A stretch of 64,000 nt of DNA from the human T2T-CHM13v2.0 reference genome, Homo sapiens. Shown here one piece after another: positions 1 through 14,092 of the stretch. Position 1 is the first letter of the stretch, and the number at the start of each line of letters is the position of its first letter. Both the position numbers and the translations under genes were made by a program. The stretch lies in assembly GCF_009914755.1 (NCBI RefSeq), contig NC_060931.1; one strand, 5' to 3'. Below the pieces are notes generated by a model that was not told where the DNA came from, searched no databases, and saw only the letters and a program-made list of their open reading frames with translations.

Positions 1-235
1 TATGACTAATGATCACAAACTTTGATATATTAATATTTTTAGTCAAATGAATTGATTGTCAAAACCTCAACAGGCTTATTTTGTAGAAATTAATAAGCTG
101 CTAGAATGACTATGGAAAGCCAAAGGAGCTAGAATAGCCAAAGAAATCTTTAAGAAGAACAAAATCGGAGGACTGACACTACCTGATGTCATGAATTGTT
201 CTAAAGCTGCAGTAATGAAGACACTGTGAATTTGG
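1..235 (+). mobile_element. Ancient L1 (L1M/L1ME) ORF2 fragment
   Basis: Resembles L1 ORF2 3' part: 'agaatagccaaagaaatctttaagaagaacaaaatcggaggactgacactacctgat...aaagctgcagtaatgaagacactgtg'. Confidence 0.7.
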
Positions 236-239
236 CAAT

Positions 240-375
240 TTTACTGAAGTCCAACTTATCAATTTTTTTCTGTTACAGTTTGTACTTTTTATGTCCTAGC
301 TGAGAAATCTTTGCTTATCCCAAAATTGCCAAGATGTCCTCTTGTGTTTTCTTTTAGAAGTTCTATAGCTCTTGT
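240..375 (-). mobile_element. Ancient L1 ORF2 fragment (antisense)
   Basis: Reverse complement reads 'tatagaacttctaaaagaaaacaca...gggataagcaaagatttctcag...aaaaattgataagttggacttca', typical late L1 ORF2. Confidence 0.7.
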
Positions 376-513
376 GTTTAAATAACATGCTTCTTAACTT
401 TACAAGTTGAGTCATTATTGACTGACTTCCTAATATCGAATTTTAGATCTCTAGTCCTCTGACCCTCCCTACTATCCCCACATTCACTTCCCTCCCTCCA
501 TCTCTTAATATAG

Positions 514-798
<285 letters not shown>

Positions 799-877
799 TA
801 ATAACTACCTTGTTTTTTCATTTGCTGAATTTTTTTTTCTTTTCTTTTTTTGAGACAGTCTCATTTCCTTAATTTTC

Positions 878-1139
878 TTTTCTTTCTTTTTTTCTTTTTT
901 TTTTTTTGACAGAGTCTTGCTCTGTCACCCAGGCTGGAGTTCAGTGGCACAAACTCAGCTCACTGCAACCTCTGCCTCCTGGATACAAGCGAGCATATCC
1001 AGCGAATTTTTGTATTTTTGGTAGAGATAGGGTTTCTCACCATGTTGGCCAGGCTGGTCTCGAACTCCTGACCTCATGATCTGCCCACCTCGGCCTCCCA
1101 AAGAGCTAGGCTTACAGGCATGAGCCACCACGCCCTGCC
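878..1139 (-). mobile_element. AluS with internal right-arm deletion
   Basis: Both arms recognisable; part of the right arm missing near 990-1000; imperfect TSD tcatttccttaattttct / tcatttgcttagttttct. Confidence 0.9.
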
Positions 1140-1559
1140 TCATTTGCTTAGTTTTCTATATGCTATTGTTAAATCCTGCCCAAGTTCACCTAAAGAACTC
1201 TAAATTTCTTCAACACATTCACCAATCACAAGTCAGGAAATCTACCACTTCCTCCTTCTTATTTTTTTTTAGGCACAATCCGTGGGGCCTTTCAATCACC
1301 TCCTGTTCCTCTGGTCTTTGCTCCCTCACTGCACAACAAATGGCCAGGCACGTCTCTTCACTCTTTTCCTGAAATTTCTTTTGCTGTGCTAAGTTGAACC
1401 TTCTCTTGCCATGATGATTCTTAAACAGCTGATTATGGAATTATGAAATTCATAAGGCTGGATGTGATGGCTGGTGTCTGTCATCCCAGCACTGTGTCAG
1501 ATGACTAGCTTTCTTAGCAGCTCATTTGAGGACCACAGGTAAGTTTCTTTCTGAGAAAG

Positions 1560-2130
1560 AAAGCAAAGGAAACAAATGGAGACATCATGGGTTTCTTGAT
1601 TCTACCCTCACACTTGACTGATAATTTGGCTGTTGCAGAATTAGAAGTCGATAATAATTTTTAGGAAATTCGAAGGTTTCCAGTAAGACTGTTGCTAAGC
1701 ACAATGTGATTCTGATCCCTGATCTTTTATATAAGCACATTTTGTTTGTTTGTTTGAATTTGTTGTTTGTTTGTTTTCAGGAAACCTTAGGATCCTCTCT
1801 TCACCTCTCTTGTTCTAAAGTGCAAGGTTCACTTGGTGTGGTGCTATTTTGTGGCGGCCCTTAAAAACGGGGTTATCTCGTTCTGGAAAACATTATTTTG
1901 TTTCTTTGACAATATGCTCCCATCCATCTTCCCTTTTTCATTATTGAATCTACTAACCAATGAGTATAATAACACCTTCAAGGCTGATCATCTATCTCAT
2001 TTAGTTTCGGTTTTCTATTTCTTTGTCTTTACAGACAATATCCTAGAGTTTTTCTTCTTGAATTTTTTTAATTCTGAAAATCACATTTTTATTTCTTAAG
2101 AAATGTTTTTATTCTATGATTTTTCCTTTT
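1560..2130 (-). mobile_element. Highly decayed L1/HAL1 ORF1-region fragment
   Basis: T-rich sequence resembling antisense old L1 ORF1 ('gattctaccctcacacttgactgataatttggctg...agaatt', 'ttctgatccctgatcttttatat'). Confidence 0.4.
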
Positions 2131-2381
2131 TTAAAAATTGTAAAACAGCAAATGAGAATAAGTTATATGTAACAAATGTACACCTTAATGAATGACTATA
2201 AAATGAACCCCCTGTAACCACCAGTCTCAGCAGAAACAGAAGATTGCTAACCACCCCAAAGCCACCTCATACAGGGTCCTCTCCAAACAGTCTTGTGATA
2301 GCCCCAAGATGGAGCTACTATTCGAAGTTTTATAGCAGCCCATATGCTTGCTTTCATTACAGAACTTATATCATCTAATCA

Positions 2382-2702
<321 letters not shown>

Positions 2703-3387
2703 ATAACTTTTTGAAAAACCTTAGTTTTGCCTTTTCTAAAAACATATAACTGAAATTATACTGTATACATTATGTTTAGTCTTTTGCTGAACTTCAGGTT
2801 TGAGAAATTCATCCACGTTGCACATAATTTTGTACATTCATGTTTATTCTTTACGGCAGTCTATTACACACATGTTACAATGTGTTAATCCTTTTTACTT
2901 TTGATAGAGATTTATGTAAAACATTTACATAGAAGTGGGCTTTCTGGGTCACAAGGTAGGCAAATCATAACTTCAGTAGAAAATGTGAAAACATTTGCCA
3001 ATATGGTCCACCCATCTACGCTCCAACCAGCAATGTGTGTGAACACCAGTTGCTCTTCACCAACCCCTAGTCTTGTCTTCTTTGATTTTAGCCATTCTAG
3101 GAGTGTGAAATGGTGACTTAGTGTGCTTTTAATGTTCACTTTCCTGATGAACAAAGATGCTTATTTATTTATTTATTTAGACTTAAAATCCACCAAGAAT
3201 TGATATGGTTCATATAGATTGTCCCAGCACAATTCAATGAAATCTATGGTTTTCTGCTTTGTGTTGCTGCTTTCACTATAAATCAAGTGTTCATGCACAC
3301 GTGCTTCTGTTTCTGGGATTTTCATCCTGTTACATTGGTCTATTTGTTTTTCTATCCACCAATTTCACACTCTCTTAATTACCATAA

Positions 3388-3748
<361 letters not shown>

Positions 3749-3852
3749 GAAATTCAGTAGAGCAAGTATTCCTAAATTCTTCTTGCAATTTCATATCAAT
3801 TTTGAAATCAGCTTGTCAAGTTTCGCCCACTCATATGTACACACAAAAGTAG

Positions 3853-4158
3853 GGCCAGGCATGCTTGGTGGCTCATGCCTGTAATCCCAACACTTTGGGA
3901 GGGCAAGGCACAAGGATCACTTGAGTCCAGGAGTTTGCCAGCCTGGGCAACATAGTGAGACCCCTTTTCTACAAAAAAAAATTTAAATTTAGCTGGGCAT
4001 TGTTGTGTGTACCTGCAGTCCCAGCTACTTGGGAGGCTGAAGTGTGAGAATTGCCTGAGCCCAGGAGTTCGAGGCTGCAGTGAGCTATGATTTTGCCACT
4101 ACATTCCGGCCTGGGAAACAGAGTAAGAACCTGTCTCTGAAAAAAAAAAAAAAAAAAA
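3853..4158 (+). mobile_element. AluJ
   Basis: Dimeric Alu with 'ggagttcgaggctgcagtgagctatgat' and poly(A) tail. Confidence 0.92.
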
Positions 4159-4204
4159 GCGCAATATCTGGGAGTTTTTATTGGGTTTGCATTAAATCTA
4201 TATA

Positions 4205-6558
4205 CAGGCATACCTCAGGGGTATTGCAGGTTTGGTTCCAGATCACCACAATAAAGTGAGTATTGCAATAAATCAAATCACAGATTTTCAGTTTTCCAGT
4301 GCATTAAAAAGTTCTATTTACACTATACTGTAGTCTAAGTGTGCAATAGCATTCTAAACAATGTACAAACTTTAATTAATAAACACTTTCTGCTAAAAAA
4401 ATAAAATGCTATTAATCATCTGAGGCTTCAGTGAGTTGCAATATTTTTGCTGGTTGGAGAGTCTTCCTTAATGTCAATGGTTGCTGACTGATCAGGGTGG
4501 TGGTTCTGAACATAGGGGTGGCTTTGGAAATTTCTTAAAATAACAATAACAAGCATCACTTGCTGCACTGATTGACTCTTTCTTTTGTGAAAGATTCCCC
4601 TGTAGCATGCAATGCTCTTTGATAGCATTGTACCCATAGTAGAACTTCTTTCAAAATTGGAGTCAATCTTCGCAAAACCTGCCACTGCTTTATCAACTAA
4701 AATTATGTAGTATTTTAAATCCTGTTATTTCAATAATGCTCACGGCATCTTCACCAGGAGTAGATCCCACCTCAAGAAACCACTTCTTTGCTCATCCGTA
4801 AGAAGCAACTCCTCATCCATTCAAGTTTGATATTGAGATGGAAGCAAGTCAGTCATATTTCCAGGGTCCACTTCTAATTCCAGTTCTCTTGCTATTTCCA
4901 CCACATCTACAGTAATTTCCTCCATTAAAGTCTTAAACTCATCAAAGTCATCCATGAGGGTGAAATCAACTTCTTCCAAGCTTCTATTAATGTTGATATC
5001 GTGACCTCTTCCTGTGAATCATGAATGTCCTTAATGGCATCTAGAATGGTGACTCCTTTCCAGAAGGTTTTCATGTACTCTGCTCAGATCCATCAGAGGG
5101 ATCACTATTGATGGCAGCTATATAGCCTTAGGAAATGTACTCCTTAAATAGTAAGACTTGAAAGTCAAAATTACTCCTTGATCCATGGGCTACAGAATGG
5201 ATGTTGTGTTAGCAGGCATAAAAGTGACATTCCTCTTCTTGTACATCTCCATCAGAGCTCTTGGTGACCAGGTGTATTGCTAATAAGCAGCAATATTTTG
5301 AAGGTAATCTTTGTTCTGAGCAGTAGATCTAAACAGTGGGCTTAAAATATTTAGTAACTCATGCTATAAACAGATGTGCTGTCATCCAGGCTTTATTGTT
5401 CCATTTATGGAGCACACACAGAGTAGATTTAGCATAATTCTTAAGGGGCTAGGATTTTCAGAATGGTAAATGAGCCTTGGCTTCATCTTAAAGTCATCAG
5501 CTGCATTAGCCCCTTACAAAAGAGTCATCCTGTCCTCTGAAGCTTTGAAGCCAGTCATTGACTTCTTCTCTTTAGCTATGAAAGTCCTAGATAGTATCTT
5601 CTTCCAGTAGAAGGCTGTTTTGTCTGCACTGAAAATCTGTTGTTTAGTGTAGCCACCTTCATTAATGATCTTAGCTAGTTCTTCTAGAAAACTTGCTGTA
5701 GCTTCTACTTCACCACTTGCCGCTTCACCTTGCGCCATTATGTTTTGGAGCTGGCTTCTTTCCTTAAGCCTCACACACCAACCTCTGCTAGCTTCCAGCC
5801 CTTCTTCCTCACCTCTCTCAGCTTTCATGGAATTAAAGAGTGTTAGGGGCTTGCTCTGGATTGGGCTTTAAGGGAGTGTTTTGGCAGCTTTGATCTTGTA
5901 TCCAGACAACTAAAACTTTCTTCATATCAACAATCAGGCTCTCTTGCTTTCTTATCATCCATGTGGTCACTGGAGTAGCACTTCTAATTTCCTTTAAGAA
6001 CTTTGCATTCACAGCTTGGCTAACTGTTAGGCACAAGAAGCCTAGCTTGGCTTTTGACATGCCTTCCTTTCTAAGCTTAACCATTTCTAGCTTTTGATCT
6101 CAAGTGAGAGATGTGTGATACCTCCTTTCACTTGAATATTTAGAGGTCGTGTAGGGTTATTAATAGGACTGATTTCCATATTGTTGTGTCTCAGGAAATA
6201 GGGAGGCCCAAGAAGAGGGAGAGAGATGGAGGAATTGCCAACCTGTGGAGGAGTCAAACACACACATTTATTGAATAAGTTTTTCATCTTATATGGGTGT
6301 GGTTCATAGCATTCCATTCCAAAACAATTACCATAGTAACATCAAAGATCACTGACTACAGATCATCATAACAGATATAATAATAATGAAAAATTTGAAT
6401 ATTTTGAGCATTACCAAAATGTGACACAGAGACACAAAGTGAGCTCACACTGTTGGAAAAATGGCACCAATAGACTTGCTGAACACAGGGTTGCCACAAA
6501 CCTTCATTTGGTAAAAAAAGGCAATATCTGCATAGTGCAATAAAGTGAAGCATGCCTG
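4205..6558 (-). mobile_element. Tigger1 DNA transposon, near full length, decayed pogo-family transposase
   Basis: Ends caggcatacctc (4205, preceded by TA) and gcatgcctg (6558, followed by TG). Minus-strand ORF pieces 5833-6084, 5514-5828 and 4428-4685 give CENP-B/DDE-type Tigger motifs ('EASRGW..RLKERS', '[27 protein letters not shown]'). Confidence 0.95.
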
Positions 6559-6644
6559 TGCTTGCTCTCTTTTTCAATTTGATAAGAAACTCCCACCAGG
6601 AGTTTATCAATTTCATTCATCTTTTAAAAATGAATTTTTGTTCA

Positions 6645-6885
6645 TTAATAAAAATAAAAATAAGACAAATCAGTCTATGGAATTAGAAGTCAGGCTAGTA
6701 GTTTCATTGTGAGAGTCATAGTATCAGGCAGGGATGAGGGTGGGGCACCAGGAATGCTTGGGGTGCTCTTTTTCTTGATCTGGATGTTGCTTACAAAAAT
6801 GTTCACTTTGTGAAAATTTGTTGAGCTATATGCTAAGTGATGTGTGACTTTTTTAGTACGTATGATACACTTCAGTAAAAATCAA
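6645..6885 (+). mobile_element. L1ME-type 3' end fragment
   Basis: 'ttagaagtcagg...tttcttgatctggatgttgcttaca...gttcactttgtgaaaatt...tatgatacacttcagtaaaaa' matches old L1 3'UTR terminus. Confidence 0.7.
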
Positions 6886-7771
6886 TTTGAAAGACAACTG
6901 TTGGGTTGTCAATTCTATTTGTATATTTCCTTTCTATTTCATTTATTTTTGTTCTTGTCTTTATTATTCACTTTCTTCTACTTTGGTATTTTATTGTTAT
7001 TTTTCTGATTTATTGAGATGGATATTTATGCTTTTTAGCATTGAAAGCTAAAATACTTCTTTTTATACACAGCTTTAGGTATATCTCACAAGTTTTGATA
7101 TGGAATATTTCAATATCATTTAGCTTGAAATATTTTCTAATTTCCATTTTTCTTTTTCATTTCAATTTAATTTTAATTTTGGTTTAACTTTAATTTCTTA
7201 CTGCTTTTCTTTTCACCTTTAGATGACTTATAAACATTTTCTTAACTTTAAAACATAAGATGTTTTATGAACTATATTTCTCTCTTTATTGCATTGTGGT
7301 CAGAGAAGATCTTGTATGCTTTTAATCTTTTGTAATTGGTAGAGACTTGCTTAATGATTCAGTATATGATCAATATTTATAAGTGGTCCATTTACTTTTG
7401 AAAATAGTGCTCATTCTGCAGCTGTTGGATGCAGCATTCTGTATATGTCTTTTAGGTCTAATTTGTAATTATGTTACTGAAACCTAAATCCTTACTGATA
7501 TTTTGCCTATTTGTTTTATTATTTGCTACTAATTGTGTATTTATCCTTATATTTGTCAAATTTTTTATTGTATGTAAGACTATGCTATTAAATGTATACA
7601 CATTTAGAATTATTGTATCATCTGTGGTAATGAAATATTTTACAATTTTGATGTGTCTCTTCCCTTACTTAGTAATTTTTGTTGCCTTAAAATCCACTTT
7701 AATATTAATATTGCTATTTCAACTTTTTTTTTTTTTTGGTGTTTGTATGATACATTTTTTAAATTCCGCTA

Positions 7772-8020
<249 letters not shown>

Positions 8021-8597
8021 TCAATCCTTTTGTTTTCAATCTTTCTGTATCTTTGTTTAAGATAAGTCTTTCTTAAATTGCATATAGGTTTTTATCAGTC
8101 TTATAAGTTTTTTATTTTGAGTTATAATTCTTCTGTTTTGTAATTCTATTGAATACTATATGTGTATATTTTAATATGAAGTTATAATTTTACTACATAA
8201 TTTCTAATTTTTTATTCTATACTCTCTTTTCTTAACTTTTTTGAATTAAAAAAATTATTCTTTTTTTGGCAGTTTAGAAGATATGTACTCTTTAATATTT
8301 TTCAGCAGTTTATTCCTGAGATCACAGCATGCATCTGACTCACCAGAGTTTGACGTTACTTTGCACTTCTACTTTCTTCCTGGGCAATGCAAGGATATTG
8401 GAACATTTTAATTAAGTTTAATCACTTCCTGTTATATAATTTTAGTTCTAACAACAACATAAACCTTATAAAAATAATATACAGTCAATATTCATTTTGA
8501 TTAATCTATATTTCATTTTTATTCTTTCCTGTTTATCAAACTTTTTATCTGGGATAAGGTCTCTTCTGCTTGAAATATATCCTATAGTTTTCCTTGA

Positions 8598-9022
<425 letters not shown>

Positions 9023-10637
9023 TTTGCCTTGTTATTCTTTTGGAAGTAATCTTTCTTTCTGCTCTTATGATTTTCTTTTTAGTTTCCCCTCCTCCACCAC
9101 CACAGGTTTACTCTGATGTTTTTAGATGTGCATTTCTATTTTTCTGGCTTGGGTTTTTTGTTTTTTGTTTTTAAATTCTTGTATCTGTTGTAATTGATGT
9201 TTTTCATTAGTCTTAGAGAGTTCAAAGCCATGATTTATGTTAGGATTTTTAACTGTATCTCCTACCCTCTTCTGTGTTTCCTCTTCCTTTATCTTAAATA
9301 TTTTTTGATCTTTTGAATGTTTTTCTTCTGAACTTTCTTTATGAAATTCACTAATTTTCTCTTCAAATTTCTCTAATCTGCCATAAACCCTGATCGTTGA
9401 GTTCTTAATTTCACTGTATTTTTATTTCTATTCTTTGAATGTTGTTCTTTTTCAACACATATTATTTTTTATGTTTTGTACTCTATGGGGAAATATTCAA
9501 TCCTGTGTTTTTAGCTACTTGACCATAATAAAAGGAGTTATTTTAAAGTTTAGGTCTAATAATTCCAATGTCTGGAGCCATGTAATCTTTCTGCTGGTTC
9601 TCTTCCGTGTAGTATTGACTTCTATTCTGACTGATTTATTTTGTATCAGCTTCCAGGAATTGTATTTGAAAATGTGTTTATGTCATAAACACATTTAGTA
9701 AATGAAATGAAATTTATAAATGTAAATGAAAATTATAGATGTAACTCGAAGCCTAGAATTGTGACATTTTCCTCCAAAGATGCTTTTCATCTCCTCTTGC
9801 CACATCCCTGTGGGGTCTGAGACATCCGGGCTCATGTTGATTCCTTTTCAGCTTTTGCCATTTCCAGGGCTGCTCTGGTGATGGTAAGCTGGGATTCAGT
9901 GGGAATGAGCACTAGCTTACTTCCAATTCTCCTCCACTCCTAAGGCACCATCCTTTAGAACCACACCTGGAGCACACAGGGTTTTCCAGGGACCTTACCC
10001 TTGGTGCTCTTCAGCTCTTCCTCTCTTCTCCAGGACTCCACACTCTGACAAATGCCGATTTCTCTCAGCCACCTCTTTTGGGTTGGCAACTGTTCCTGGA
10101 CAGAAAGATGTCTCAAATGTTAGGCTTCTCTTTCCATTTTTTTGGTTTTGCTTTTTGTTTTGCCTTGTTTTGTTGTTGTTGTTGTTGTTCCCTTCTCTCA
10201 GCTTTGTCTTAGTAATTTTTACCTCCTAGCCACCAAAGCAGATTTATTTAGTTGTAGTAGTATACATAGCATAAAATGTACTATTATGACCATTTTTAAC
10301 TGTACAGCTCAGTGGCATTAAGTACATTCACATTGTTATATAACCATCACCACTATCCATCTGCATAACTTTTTCACCATCTCAAACTGAAACTCTGTAC
10401 CCATTAGACAAGCACTTCCCATCCCCCTCCCCCAGCTTCTCCTCCCCTTCACTCTCTGATAACCACTATTCTACTTCCTGTCTTCATGAATCTGACTATT
10501 CTAGGTATGTGGCTCATGTAATTGGAATCATTCTATATTTGTCCTTGTGTGTCTGACTTATTTCACTTAGCATAGTGTCTTTAAGGTCCATCCATATTAT
10601 AACATGTGTCAGAATTCTCTTCCTTTTAAGGCTGAAT

Positions 10638-11000
10638 TATATATACATACATATATACACACACATATATTTATGTATACATATATACACATATATATTT
10701 ATATATACATATATACACATATATATTTATATATACATATATACACATATATATTTATATATACATATATACACATATATATTTATATATACATATATAC
10801 ACATATATATTTATATATACATATATACACATATATATTTATATATACATATATACACATATATATTTATATATACATATATACACATATATATTTATAT
10901 ATACATATATACACATATATATTTATATATACATATATACACACATATATATACACACACACATATACAAACACACACACACACATATATATACACACAC
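10638..11000. repeat. AT-rich minisatellite, 28-bp unit ATATATACACATATATATTTATATATAC, with (TA)/(CA) flanks
   Basis: Nine perfect 28-bp copies at 10681-10932; the translated ORFs show a 28-aa (84-nt) period. Confidence 0.95.
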
Positions 11001-11121
11001 AAATACCATATTTTGTTTACCTATTCATCCCTGGATAAACGCATGCGTTTCTTCCACCTTTTGGCTATTGTGAGTAATGCTGCTATGAACATGGGTGTAC
11101 AAATATCTGCTGAATCCTTTC

Positions 11122-11428
11122 TTTTTTTTTTTTTTTTGTTGTTGTTGAGACAGAGTCTCACTCTGTTGCCCACGCTGGAGTGCAGTGGCGTGATCTCAGC
11201 TCACTGCAACCTGTGCCTCCCAGGTTCAAGCAATTCTCTGCCTCATCCTCCTGAGTAGCTGGAATTACAGGCACCCACCACCACGCCCAGCTACTTTTTT
11301 TTGTATTTTTAGTAGATATGGGGTTTCACCATCTTGGCCAGGCTGGTCTTGAACTCCTGATCTCCTGATCCACCCGCCTCAGCCTCCTAAAGTGCTGGGA
11401 TTACAGGTATGAGCCGCCATGCCTGGCC
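11122..11428 (-). mobile_element. AluS inserted in L1MB
   Basis: Full dimer; TSD-like ctgaatcctttc / ctgaagtcctttc. Confidence 0.92.
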
Positions 11429-12449
11429 CTGAAGTCCTTTCTTTCAATTCTTTTAGGTATGTACTCAGAAGTAGAATTGCTGGAACATATGGTACTTTTG
11501 TGTTAATTTTTTGAGGAACCCACCATATTATTTTCCACAGCATCTGCACAATTTTGCATTCCCATCAGCAATGCACAAGGGCTCCATTTGTCTGGGATCT
11601 TTGTTTTAATAATAACCATCCTAATGAGTATGAGGTGGTATCTCGTTATGGTTTTTATTTGCATTTCCCTAATGGTTAGAGATGTTGAGTACATTCTCAT
11701 GTGCTTATTGGCCATTCGTGTATCTTCTTTGGAGAAATGTCTATTCAAATCCTTTGTCCATTTTTGAATTGGATTGTTTGGGTTTTTGTTGTTGAGTGTC
11801 AGGAGCTCTTTATATATTCTGGATATTAATTTCTTATAGATACGTGATTTGCCAATATTTTCTTCCATTCTGTCCATCTTCATATCAATCACAGAGGCAT
11901 CACCCTTCAGCTAGTAGACTTTCACTTACTCTTCTGCCTCAGCATGTCCCCTCTGCCACACCTGCTGCTCTGAGTTCTGTGCTATGTGTGCTCAGTTCCC
12001 ACAAATAATACATTTCCCTTTTCTTGCTGGGGTAGGAGAGGGCTAGTCACTTGGCTGCGTGGGCATAGAAGGAGATTTACAAACCTAGGCATTCCTTATA
12101 AAGGCTCTTCTCAGAACTTCCTGTACTTAGTGTGCTCCCCAGCCATGCCTCCAGCTCCTGGGCCTTTCTGGAATTCTGTGACACAGTCCTTGCTTCTTGT
12201 CAGTCATCCTTTCTTTGAACACATGAGATTTTACTTTCTCTGCTAGGTCAGTTTCCACTTTTATTTCACCTTTCATCTTCCAAAACATGTGCTGATATCT
12301 GCCATCAGCTGTCCTTTTCTTTCCTATTCTGTTTTCCCTGAAGATTGTATATGCTTTTATCTCAATGCTGCCACTTTGATGGGGTTGCAGGAGGGAGTGG
12401 TGATAATACATGTTTAAGCCCCCAGGTCTACCGGAAGCCTATTTAATTC

Positions 12450-12964
12450 TGTCAGTCAAGAAAATGACGAGACAAATCTCAATCATTTTTGGAGATTTAT
12501 TTGCCAAAGTTAAGGACAAAGTTAACACCTGCCCAGGAGACAGGTCTATGCCTTTTCCCCAGGATGATTTTGGGGGCTCCAAATTTAAAGGGGAAAGGGC
12601 GGGATATTGAGAAGCACACAATTTTCACTTAAACAAAAGGGCAAAGAAAAACGTGGGGAATCTGCATTTTACATAAGATAACACAGACAAAACGGGGTAG
12701 AGGAACAATCGGATATGCATTTGTGTCTGGCAGGCCGGGGTGACTGCCTGTAAAGCTATCAATTAGCATTGCCATGGTGAAGTTTTAACAGCACCAGGTA
12801 TTTCCTTGTTGGCAAAGGAAGGGGAAGTTGGGTAGCTTTTCATCTTGTAGCCATTTCATTTAGGAACCAAAAGGTGGAGGCAGGTGTGCATGACCCAGTT
12901 TCCAGCTTGACTTTTCCCTTTGGCTAACTGAGTTTGGGGTCCCAAAATTTAATTTCCTCTCACA
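12450..12964 (-). mobile_element. ERV1 solo LTR, MER4A-like
   Basis: TG...CA termini with 4-bp TSD attc; reverse complement starts 'tgtgagaggaaattaaattttgggaccccaaactcagttagccaaagggaaaagtcaagctgg', as recalled for MER4A. Confidence 0.85.
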
Positions 12965-13000
12965 ATTCTCTCAACAACACTAAGAATACTTGTGCTAATT

Positions 13001-13312
13001 TTATTTATTTATTTATTTATTTTTATTTTTTTGAGACGGAGTCTTGCTCTGTCACCCAAGCTGGAGTACAGTGGCAGGATCTTGGCTCACTGCAACCACA
13101 GCCTCCAGGTTCAAGTGATTCTTGTGCCTCAGCTTCCCAGGTTGCTGGGGTTACAGACGCCCACCACCATGACTGGTTAATTTTTGTATTTTTAGTAGAG
13201 GCAGGGTTTCACCATCTTGGCCAGGGTAGTTTCAAACTCCTGACCTCAGGTGATCCTCCCGCTTCGGCCTCCCAAAATGCTGGGATTACAGGCGTAAGCC
13301 ACCACACCCGGC
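13001..13312 (-). mobile_element. AluS
   Basis: (TTTA)n tail; perfect TSD tacttgtgctaatttta at 12987-13003 and 13313-13329. Confidence 0.95.
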
Positions 13313-13329
13313 TACTTGTGCTAATTTTA

Positions 13330-13425
13330 AAGATAAAGTGTCATGGTCACTCAGTTAGGAGGTGGAGAGGCTGGGTTTGGAGCACAAATCTGTCTGATGC
13401 TGGAGCATGTGCTCTCATGCTATAC
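13330..13425 (-). mobile_element. MIR fragment
   Basis: 'ggtcactcagttagg...ggctgggtttggagcacaaatctgtctga' resembles antisense MIR core. Confidence 0.5.
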
Positions 13426-14092
13426 CATCATATGCTCACTCTCATGTTATGCCTTCTGCCGTAGCTAAACAAAGCTTATGCTTAAAAAAAATCTATTAAT
13501 TTAATGTAGAGAAGTCCTAGGCAAAATAAAAACATTTTAATTTTTTTTCTAGTAAAGAAGGAAACTTACTTCAAAGTTCTTAAGTAATTATGCACATCTC
13601 AGGAAGTAATCTTTCAACTCTTGTGTTGCACACATTCACTGTGCCATGTAAGAATTTAGCAATCAAAATATTAATAATAGCAATAAAAGGAAGTATATAT
13701 GTTTATTAAATGCAATATTCATGCAGTTTTCAAAGAGTCTACAGCTTACAAAATAACTAATTACACTGCAATCTCTTTCTCTCTCTCTTTCTTTGATGTA
13801 CATTTCTTTTAGTAAAAGTCATCTGAGAAAGCACAGTAGTGGTACATAACCCTTAGAATTCATGTGCTTTGGCAGAAGCCCCTGGAAATATCACCTAAAA
13901 GTCAAATACCAGAGAATTATCTGAACATTTGTCATCCATGAAGACTCACAGTCAAAACTATATCTTCTTGGTTTTAGGTTACATGTCTGGCAGTACAGTT
14001 GATTGAATATTAATTTGATTACTTTTTACACTAAGAAAAAGACTGATCATTTCTTATGCTATGCCTCTTAAGATAGCAAAGAAGAAATTATA

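Larger units (their letters stand above)
10243..11875 (-). mobile_element. L1MB-type 3' portion (ORF2 C-terminus + 3'UTR)
   Basis: 'tgtacagctcagtggcattaagtacattcacattgtt...aaactgaaactctgtacccatta'; ORF 11503-11892 translates to L1 ORF2 C-terminus ('[19 protein letters not shown]'). Confidence 0.88.

Noticed and set aside
4428-6084. Possible domesticated TIGD-like transposase gene
   Set aside because: The transposase is broken into several frames by stops and frameshifts, with substitutions in conserved motifs; it is a decayed Tigger1.
10575-11258. Longest ORFs (227 aa and 144 aa, Y/I/H/T-rich)
   Set aside because: Translation of the stop-free 28-bp VNTR plus L1 and Alu sequence; not a gene.
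12934-13464. 176-aa ORF and many similar 'LECSG..AHCNL' / 'SLPSSWDYR' ORFs across the window
   Set aside because: Standard antisense Alu translations.
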